Shown here one piece after another: positions 57,087 through 64,000 of a DNA stretch of 64,000 nucleotides. The DNA lies in contig CBFFSA010000005.1 of assembly GCA_965644495.1 (NCBI GenBank), positions 372,001 to 436,000 on the forward strand. Direction: 5' to 3'. The notes under the pieces were generated by a model. The model did no database searches. It was not told the DNA's origin and saw only the letters and a list, made by a program, of their open reading frames with translations. How positions within the stretch are numbered: the stretch's first letter is position 1; each line of letters begins with the position of its first letter. This DNA comes from Perkinsela sp. CCAP 1560/9 (taxonomy: Eukaryota > Protista > Euglenozoa: Kinetoplastea). Both the position numbers and the translations under genes were made by a program.

Positions 57087-57359
57087 ATGGATTGCTCGTT
57101 TTGCTCCGATTTCGAGTGTACAGATAGTATTAGCTATAGTGTGCTCGCCCGCGCCCCCGAAAATGATATTATCGAGTGGTTGAAAGGCCACAAATTTGTT
57201 TTCCAGAGCGTCACCTGTAGCAAGAGGCATGAAACTTTCATTTGCGTCCTGAAAGGAGATCACTGGGTCTGCACCGATCGTTTGTGTCGGAGTCGTACAT
57301 GCCACATGCAGACACTCCTAACTTCCTTCGGAGATACTTTATTATTTCTAAAAGTGTGA
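57087..57359 (+). pseudogene. Probable Merlin transposase N-terminal zinc-ribbon remnant
   Basis: IIEWLKGHKFVFQSVTCSKRHE...DHWVCTDRLCRSR resembles the Merlin WL...CxxC...WxCxxxxC segment. Confidence 0.5.
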
Positions 57360-57849
57360 AATAATGCTTGACTTTGACCGAAAGTTCTGGCAAACAAGAA
57401 TTTTTCTTCCATTTTTCACTTCTATAGGAAACATAATAATAGTGCAGAAGTGTAATTCAATTACAGTAATTGTTTAAATGAGTACCGTACTACATGTAGT
57501 AGTACGTAGTAGTTGTACGTAGTACAACGGGGTAGGTCCATTATGCCTCACCGTTTAAAATGCACGTTTTCGCTTTGTGACTTTATTAGGTGGGTAAATT
57601 CTTTTTTCCCCTGACGAGCCAAAAAAGCACCGAAAATTGGAGCATGTGGCTCCTACGTACAGTACGCTTCTGCATATTGTTGAAGCATTATGCTTAAAGC
57701 ACTGTATTTGAAAATGTTACTTTTTTTAAACACCATTTAAATGCTATTTTTCTATGCATTGAAGTAGTGTATTCGTTACCTGTAGGCATGCATGTAAACT
57801 TATGAATTTTAAGACTGGACTCGAATAAAAAAGGAGTACTCGAATCATA

Positions 57850-59994
57850 ATGCAAGCGCAAATGGATGTCCTGAAAAATGTTGAATTCGAAGACATCGAT
57901 GTTAGCAACACACGAATATTGTCCGATACATATCTGAGTGCCGCTCTTGCACGCGTGTTTTGGAACAGGGTACCGAATCGATCGCAGTATCTGCACGATG
58001 CTTTAGATTCTACACGTCCGCTAATAGATTCGGGGGAGCATTGCAGCATTCAACAATGTATATTGAAAGCTATTTGCTTCCCCAAGGGATCATTCCTTCC
58101 TACGAGAACTATTATGGAATGTCCAAAAAAAGTTAAGTTATCGTTTGAAAAGGTGTATCAACAAGGTGCAGCAAAAACTAATGCCATTTTACAATGGATG
58201 CTACAAGTGTGTAACACGGGGTCTTCTAATACCGTAAAGATGGATCTTCGGGACAGAAAAATGGAAGCTAAACAACCGATGAAACAGAGAAAGTCTCAAC
58301 CAGGAACACGTATCCCTGAAAGATCTGATAAAAATGTTCCTAGTGATACCGACACTCCCAATCAATCTGTTCTTAATGTCCTTCAGCGAATAGGCCTCAT
58401 ATCGGATGAAACTAGAGATTCCGACAATCATGCAAATGTTTGGCGCGTCACCTCGGATGGTCTGCAATTTTGTCTTTCCTCTTCGATACAGCAAACTTTT
58501 CTTCTTTTTCGCGGGTGTGTATGTTACGTGTTGCAGGAAATGTGGTCGTTTTTGCTACCTCCACATCTTCTTGTGAAAGAAAGAAAATCGGATCGAGCAA
58601 CAATCTCTCTCTTTTTACATTCCCTTTCAAATAACGAACTCTCCACGAGACCTCTTCCAATATCCTCTCCAGAAGAACTCATAGGAAATCTTATCGAAGA
58701 TCGTTTACTTAAGTTTTCACTTCTGTTGCTGGAGCATCGCACTGGAATCTTATACATGTATCCTAAGAGCTTCAATAATCTAGTCGCGTTTCTTACTCCG
58801 AAACTTACTGGTGTGGGGAGAAATGCCGTACTATCATTGCTCGAGTCCATGATAGCAACTTGGCCTTCCGGACCAGAAGGTAAACTATTGGACATGCTAG
58901 CGACTGTGGGTCTCATCTTCAAAGGGATGGCGCAAGATAAAAATCGAAAGCAAGATCAAGTGCATATGACATCTTACTACGCTGTACATCCCTCAATTTG
59001 TCAGGAAGGGTTGCGGTCGAAATTCTCCGGTGCGTACTCGCACTTCAACGTTCAAAATCTCTTCAGTGCGTCAAACTCAACCAACGACAGCCTATTTCGT
59101 TGCATGAGAAATCTAAAGAGGTTTGCATTGAACACAAGATTTGAGTCACCACATTCGCAACCTTGTCAGCATGCTCTTGAAGTCATTGTAGAAACGAATT
59201 TTCGCGTTTACGCCTACTGTCACGCAGTTTCCGGTGACGATGCGACCAAAGAGCCATCTTCCATTCTCTTGCACAAGTGTCTCATATCACAGTTTGCAAA
59301 CATTGTGACCAGCATCCGACGTGGTGATAATTTGGGGTCCAGCGCAACTCGTGATGTAAGTGAAAGCTCAGATAGGGTGACATGGATAACAGTACTTGTC
59401 ATCGCACAGATTACATACGAAAGTGTTATGCAAGCTTATCGCAACGGCATTACAGCAACTCAAATCGTTGATTTTATTGAGAGGAACAAACACCTTGAGG
59501 CACTTTGTTCCGCATTGGGAAGGGAAGGCGCTAGCCATGTTATCATGATGCATAAAGGGAAATATGGAAGAGGTGGTGTGAACTGGAGAGAATCAGAACA
59601 CGCTCTTCCTTCTCCTATTCCTGATTCTGTACGAGAACAATTATATCAGTGGGAATCCGAGGCGAGACGTCTAAGTTTTTGTCTTTCCATAGAGGAAGTC
59701 CAACGCGAATCGCAGGCCTTGGGAAGCGGCGATCCAGGAGGAGAAATGGATCAGCCTTACTATGACACTGGATCTGCCAACAATGATTCGAGGTATTGGA
59801 TTCCGATTGGTGGGGGTATGGCCGGATGGCGACGTTTGGGGTTCGCTGATTTCAAAAAAGCTTTGGCACATTTACATATTCCTCTCAAAACGTGTTTTGA
59901 ATTTGACTCCAAAGAAGAAATGGTAGATTATTTAAGGACTATCGATGAGAAACAAACTCCCATATGCGTTCGAGACAAATTTTTCGTCGCATGA
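57850..59994 (+). CDS. TFB2: TFIIH subunit p52/Tfb2
   Basis: VTSDGLQFCL, VIVETNFRVYAY, ITYESVMQAYRNGITATQIVDFI and IPDSVREQLYQWESE..RL. Confidence 0.88.
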   Translation: MQAQMDVLKNVEFEDIDVSNTRILSDTYLSAALARVFWNRVPNRSQYLHDALDSTRPLIDSGEHCSIQQCILKAICFPKGSFLPTRTIMECPKKVKLSFEKVYQQGAAKTNAILQWMLQVCNTGSSNTVKMDLRDRKMEAKQPMKQRKSQPGTRIPERSDKNVPSDTDTPNQSVLNVLQRIGLISDETRDSDNHANVWRVTSDGLQFCLSSSIQQTFLLFRGCVCYVLQEMWSFLLPPHLLVKERKSDRATISLFLHSLSNNELSTRPLPISSPEELIGNLIEDRLLKFSLLLLEHRTGILYMYPKSFNNLVAFLTPKLTGVGRNAVLSLLESMIATWPSGPEGKLLDMLATVGLIFKGMAQDKNRKQDQVHMTSYYAVHPSICQEGLRSKFSGAYSHFNVQNLFSASNSTNDSLFRCMRNLKRFALNTRFESPHSQPCQHALEVIVETNFRVYAYCHAVSGDDATKEPSSILLHKCLISQFANIVTSIRRGDNLGSSATRDVSESSDRVTWITVLVIAQITYESVMQAYRNGITATQIVDFIERNKHLEALCSALGREGASHVIMMHKGKYGRGGVNWRESEHALPSPIPDSVREQLYQWESEARRLSFCLSIEEVQRESQALGSGDPGGEMDQPYYDTGSANNDSRYWIPIGGGMAGWRRLGFADFKKALAHLHIPLKTCFEFDSKEEMVDYLRTIDEKQTPICVRDKFFVA

Positions 59995-60169
59995 CTCCTT
60001 TTTTATTGTCAGCAGCATTTGCTTGGTTATGACATTGATGTACCTACTTCAGGGGTATCAAATATGGTACAAATTTTTATGTATAATTTATTGTATAATT
60101 ATCTTTGCTCAGCAATTCCATTCCGATGTTTTATAGCTTTTAAATTCAAACATGTAAAACAGTTCCTTT

Positions 60170-60784
60170 ATGCATCCATATAGACAGGAATTCATGAATT
60201 TAGCAATGCGACAGGCACAGAATGCTCTACAGCATGGAGAAATGGCTGTGGGCTGCGTCTTGGTTTTACATAATAGGACGGTGATTGCTGCAACTCACAA
60301 CGAAACGAATGCAACTCGAAACGCCTTAGAACATGCGGAAATAGTAGCAATGAAATTGGTACTGGAAGATCGTGCGACAGAAAGTAGTTTACTCACGAAT
60401 GAAAACGAAAGGCCGAAGACACATTCGTCGTGTCCAAGGGATTCCACTTTGCTTCCCCTAAAGGATCTATCAAACTGTGTGTTGTACGTGACTGTTGAGC
60501 CTTGCATCATGTGCGCAGCGGCTCTTCGTCTTTCCAATATTGCATGCGTATATTACGGGTGTAATAATGATCGTTTTGGTGGAAATGGTACTGTCCTATC
60601 ATTGCACCGAGATCCAACTTTCTTCCCTTTAGGCGGGGGTGATACGTGTCCTGTGTATCCCAGTCAAAAAGTTGGTGGTGACATTGAGCATCAAAGTATC
60701 TCTCTTATGCGCGAGTTCTATTCTGGAGAAAATCCTCATGCACCCTCGGAAATAAGAAAATCAAAACGAAATAAGTATCCCTAA
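60170..60784 (+). CDS. ADAT2: tRNA-specific adenosine deaminase 2
   Basis: HAEIVAM, LYVTVEPCIMCAAAL, YYGCNNDRFGGNG and FYSGENPHAP. Confidence 0.92.
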   Translation: MHPYRQEFMNLAMRQAQNALQHGEMAVGCVLVLHNRTVIAATHNETNATRNALEHAEIVAMKLVLEDRATESSLLTNENERPKTHSSCPRDSTLLPLKDLSNCVLYVTVEPCIMCAAALRLSNIACVYYGCNNDRFGGNGTVLSLHRDPTFFPLGGGDTCPVYPSQKVGGDIEHQSISLMREFYSGENPHAPSEIRKSKRNKYP

Positions 60785-60817
60785 TTATCAGTACAGGTGA
60801 AGCGCCACTTTAATTGA

Positions 60818-60940
60818 GAGGGGAGGCAACCGCCAATGCTGCCGTATTCTGCCATATTCTGCCGAATTTTTTTTTGCCGTTCATCTTTGAATTCTGCAAT
60901 ATTCTGCCAATCACCACAGACGCGTTGCCCCACCCCCCTC
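60818..60940. mobile_element. 123-bp MITE of the GAGGGG family, 3-bp TSD (TGA)
   Basis: TGA|GAGGGGAGGCAAC ... GTTGCCCCACCCCCCTC|TGA; same CTGCCGTATTCTGCCATATTCTGCC subterminus as 51640. Confidence 0.85.
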
Positions 60941-61090
60941 TGAGGCAACTTTAATTAAGACAATAATTAATTTTAGAATTCGATCTGCCTTAATTACTTT
61001 TATCCTTAATAACCGCTTCACCGGTACATACATCTCCCTCTGCTTCACCGGTGTATATCTACACCTGTATATGCTAACTACAGTCCTAGA

Positions 61091-61600
61091 ATGAATGTAA
61101 ATTTACCGGGTCACGCACTGGAGGGGGCCGATCTCCGCCTCCAGAAAGATATCTGCGAATTCGACGTCGATAAAGTTACCTTGGCATACGACCCGTCGAA
61201 AGGAAGAGTTCTGCATCTCACTGTTTGTCCTGCGGAAGGAGCGTATGAGGGTGGTCGTTTTGTTTTCTGTCTTGAGTTTTCTTCGGGGTATCCTCTGGAG
61301 CCCCCGAAATGCCATTACATTGGGCCAACATTATTTCATCCGAATATCAATGAAACAGGCTCCGTCTGTCTGAACATTCTTCGACTGGACTGGAGGCCCG
61401 TGTTCACGCTTAATCATATCGCTCGAGGACTGTACCTTCTTTTTCTTGAGCCTTCTTCAGATGAACCGCTATTCGGGTTGTCTAGTAAAGCCGCGGAGCT
61501 CATGAGAACGAACTATGATGAATTTGTTTATCGGGCAACAGAAAGTACAAAATATTCAAGAGAAATCTCTGATCTCATGAAGTCATTGATTGGTAAATGA
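61091..61600 (+). CDS. UBC12: NEDD8-conjugating E2
   Basis: LRLQKDI, HPNINETGSVCLNILRLDWRPV and GLYLLFLEP. Confidence 0.88.
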   Translation: MNVNLPGHALEGADLRLQKDICEFDVDKVTLAYDPSKGRVLHLTVCPAEGAYEGGRFVFCLEFSSGYPLEPPKCHYIGPTLFHPNINETGSVCLNILRLDWRPVFTLNHIARGLYLLFLEPSSDEPLFGLSSKAAELMRTNYDEFVYRATESTKYSREISDLMKSLIGK

Positions 61601-61843
61601 ATTAACTCTTATCCTTTCATGGTAAGACAATTTATGAAGGCAAGTTGTAGACGTGTGACATAGCTTCCAATCTCCTATTTTCCAAGTTGGCCAAGTTTTT
61701 GCAGGTATCACCCCTCTTATTTTCAGTCTAGCCTTGCATTTATCTCAAAGATTCTGACACATTTCTTGGCAAAATTTTCATGACACTATTCTTACAACAT
61801 CATATAGATATCTTGTATTTCTTTTCTTTCGCTAAACTCTCAT

Positions 61844-62488
61844 ATGAGAATTGAAAAGTGTAACTACTGCGGATGCCCAGTGTATCCTGGACACGGACAA
61901 ATGTTTGTTCGTAACGACTGCAAAATTATTCGGTTCTGTCGGGCTAAGTGTAAAAAGAACTTTGGGTTGAAGAGAAACCCAATGCGCGTTCGATGGACGA
62001 AGACATACCGACGGGCGACAAATAAAGAGTTGACATTTGACAAGTCCTTGGAGTTTGAAAGAAAGAAAAATGTTCCGGTACGCTATGACAGAGAGCTAAC
62101 AGAAACAACTATCCGCACAATGCGTAACGTTGCTGAAACCAAAGCGCGTCGAGCAGAGAGATTTTGGAAAAAGCGCATGGAGGCCAAGGAAGAGACAGAA
62201 GAAAAACAAGATTTGTTGGACCTCCGACGTAACATCGACATGGTTGAAGATCCCGTCCTTAAGGCACACGCAAGCAAAACTCTTAAAAATAGTACCACGA
62301 AAGCTGACCGAACAAAGATTTCTGAAACTTCTCACGACTCTTCTATGATGATCGACGGTACTCCAGAGGTTCAGACCAATTTCAACACACAAAAATCAGA
62401 GAAAAAACAATTGAGAGGCACTAAACACCTTACGAAAGCCAAAACTCTGCGGCGTACAACAGAGAAAATTTCTTTAAATGCAAATTAA
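61844..62488 (+). CDS. RLP24: Ribosome biogenesis protein RLP24
   Basis: MRIEKCNYCGCPVYPGHGQMFVRNDCKIIRFCRAKC..KRNP..VRWTK, FERKKNVPVRYDREL. Confidence 0.93.
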   Translation: MRIEKCNYCGCPVYPGHGQMFVRNDCKIIRFCRAKCKKNFGLKRNPMRVRWTKTYRRATNKELTFDKSLEFERKKNVPVRYDRELTETTIRTMRNVAETKARRAERFWKKRMEAKEETEEKQDLLDLRRNIDMVEDPVLKAHASKTLKNSTTKADRTKISETSHDSSMMIDGTPEVQTNFNTQKSEKKQLRGTKHLTKAKTLRRTTEKISLNAN

Positions 62489-62844
62489 AAACAGAGTGAA
62501 ACATTGAAAGCAAAATATGTAAGTCTCAATTTGACTTGTTTAAAATCAGCCGGTAAGAATGCGTTAAATTGATAATCTTTTATAATGTAGTACTATACTA
62601 GTAGGTTACCTACTATTTTGCCTAACTTTACTTTTTCTGGCTCGTAAGTACGTACATGGGACCAATATTATAACACACAATGTGCTAGTCACGACAAAGA
62701 AGTCTATTGCAAACACAATATTTGTACCATGTTTGAATTCTTTTTCTATTACTTATAAGTAGGTATTACCTATGAATAAGTAATATTACTTTAAAAAATG
62801 AACGTGAAAATATTGTTTGGCATGTCCAACACAGAATTTGTTCA

Positions 62845-64000
62845 ATGAAGAAATCCACAGAGGTCCTTGCATCAAAATGCTTGCCGTCGAGGATTGAAGT
62901 GAGGCCTTCCCGCACTTGGAGATTTCATATCCTCTTCGCAATAACAAGTCTTCTCTTCTTGGTGTTTCTGTTACGCTTTTGTCATCATCATTCGGACTAC
63001 AATGAGCTATTACTAGGGCAGTCGGTTGTTTGGCTCGTAACAACGTTTGTCTTACAATGGTATCTTGCAGCCTTATTTAAGTCTTTACACCTTTATCTAA
63101 CATGGTGCCTCATTCACCGATCTGATGAGGCTCCGTCTTTGACTTTTAGGGATAGTTGGAAGCACAGTCTCCAATGTCTTATCTCAGCGGATGCCTCAAC
63201 TGTGGATGCATTTTTGGCGGGGAGCGAACTGAGCACTATGCTAATATTATTTTACATTTGCGACAGAACGCCTTTGCTTGCACATGCACCTCGTCAGTTT
63301 GATGCTCAATCACTTTATGGGGCATGGCTCTTAATTGCGATATTCGCATTGTGTACAATAAGAAAAATACCTCAAAGAGTGAGCCGTCGGAAACCCTACA
63401 TGCACGGCGAATCAATAGACGACTTAATGGAAGTAAATGATGTTTCATCATACCACATACCTCCACTACCCAGACATCAAACTGAGGAGTGGAAAGGATT
63501 GATGCAGCTTATGTTTCTTCTATATCATTATTACAATGCAACTCAAACTTACAGTCTTATCCGGCTTTGTATTGCAGGATATGTTTGGCTAACAGGTTTT
63601 GGGAACTTCAGCTATTACTACGTCAAACAAGATTTTTCGGGACGTCGAGTAGCCCGCATGTTATGGCGTTTAAACTTCCTTGCAGTGTGTACCTGTCTCA
63701 TGATGGGCAACCAGTTCATGCTGTACTACATCTGCATGCTTCACCTAGTTTTTACACTATTTGTCTTCGCTACTGTGGCGATTCTTCCGTCGATTAATAC
63801 TTCTACAAAAGGTATGACCAGGAAATTTCTTCTTGTTAGCCTTTTTACCGCACTTATTTGGGAAAGCTCTCGGTCTGTTTTCGAAATTATTTGGACTCCA
63901 TTATGGCCCTTCGTGATATATGACCGTTCAGCTCCCCAGCAAAACTTGGCGCACCGTATGTACGAATGGTATTTTCGCTCGAAACTTGATCACTGGATTT
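62845..64000 (+). CDS. CAS1/CASD1/RWA-type O-acetyltransferase, runs off the right edge
   Basis: Open frame from ATG 62845 (absent from the ORF track): FYICDRT, RHQTEEWKGLMQLMFLLYHY, AGYVWLTGFGNFSYYY, LWRLNF and YYICMLH. Confidence 0.9.
   Translation, partial: MKKSTEVLASKCLPSRIEVRPSRTWRFHILFAITSLLFLVFLLRFCHHHSDYNELLLGQSVVWLVTTFVLQWYLAALFKSLHLYLTWCLIHRSDEAPSLTFRDSWKHSLQCLISADASTVDAFLAGSELSTMLILFYICDRTPLLAHAPRQFDAQSLYGAWLLIAIFALCTIRKIPQRVSRRKPYMHGESIDDLMEVNDVSSYHIPPLPRHQTEEWKGLMQLMFLLYHYYNATQTYSLIRLCIAGYVWLTGFGNFSYYYVKQDFSGRRVARMLWRLNFLAVCTCLMMGNQFMLYYICMLHLVFTLFVFATVAILPSINTSTKGMTRKFLLVSLFTALIWESSRSVFEIIWTPLWPFVIYDRSAPQQNLAHRMYEWYFRSKLDHWI

Overview
Eukaryotic nuclear DNA. About 30 intronless host genes all lie on the + strand in one unidirectional cluster, which is the kinetoplastid polycistronic layout. 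The compact genes and the family of short plant-type LRR proteins suggest a Perkinsela-like prokinetoplastid (inference). Recognisable genes: condensin CAP-D2 3' end, MTHFS, FEN1, NOP56, RUVBL2, an RRM-EEP nuclease, RPL12, CBP3-like, PRORP, GMD, a Qb-SNARE, PIF1, cytochrome b5-like, PEX10, RFC4, DPH6, TFB2, ADAT2, UBC12, RLP24 and a CAS1/RWA 5' end. The intergenic blocks 2.5-6.7 kb, 19.7-20.8 kb, 43.1-43.8 kb and 47.4-57.4 kb hold a rich, nested set of DNA-transposon relics: DD34E and DD35E Tc1 elements (one with TIRs, a TA duplication and empty sites in the window), Merlin fragments, CAC-ended fold-back elements, a GAGGGG...CCCCTC family with 3-bp TSDs carrying two orphan ORFs, and a TSD-less family ending in a 107-nt hairpin. 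The most striking unexplained signal is a series of about 1 kb GC-rich islands overprinted on ordinary genes. In each, the + strand switches abruptly from C-rich to G-rich at a CpG-rich centre, regardless of gene boundaries. These are candidate origin, promoter or recombination-hotspot marks written into synonymous codons. All calls are from motif recognition by eye; no searches were run.
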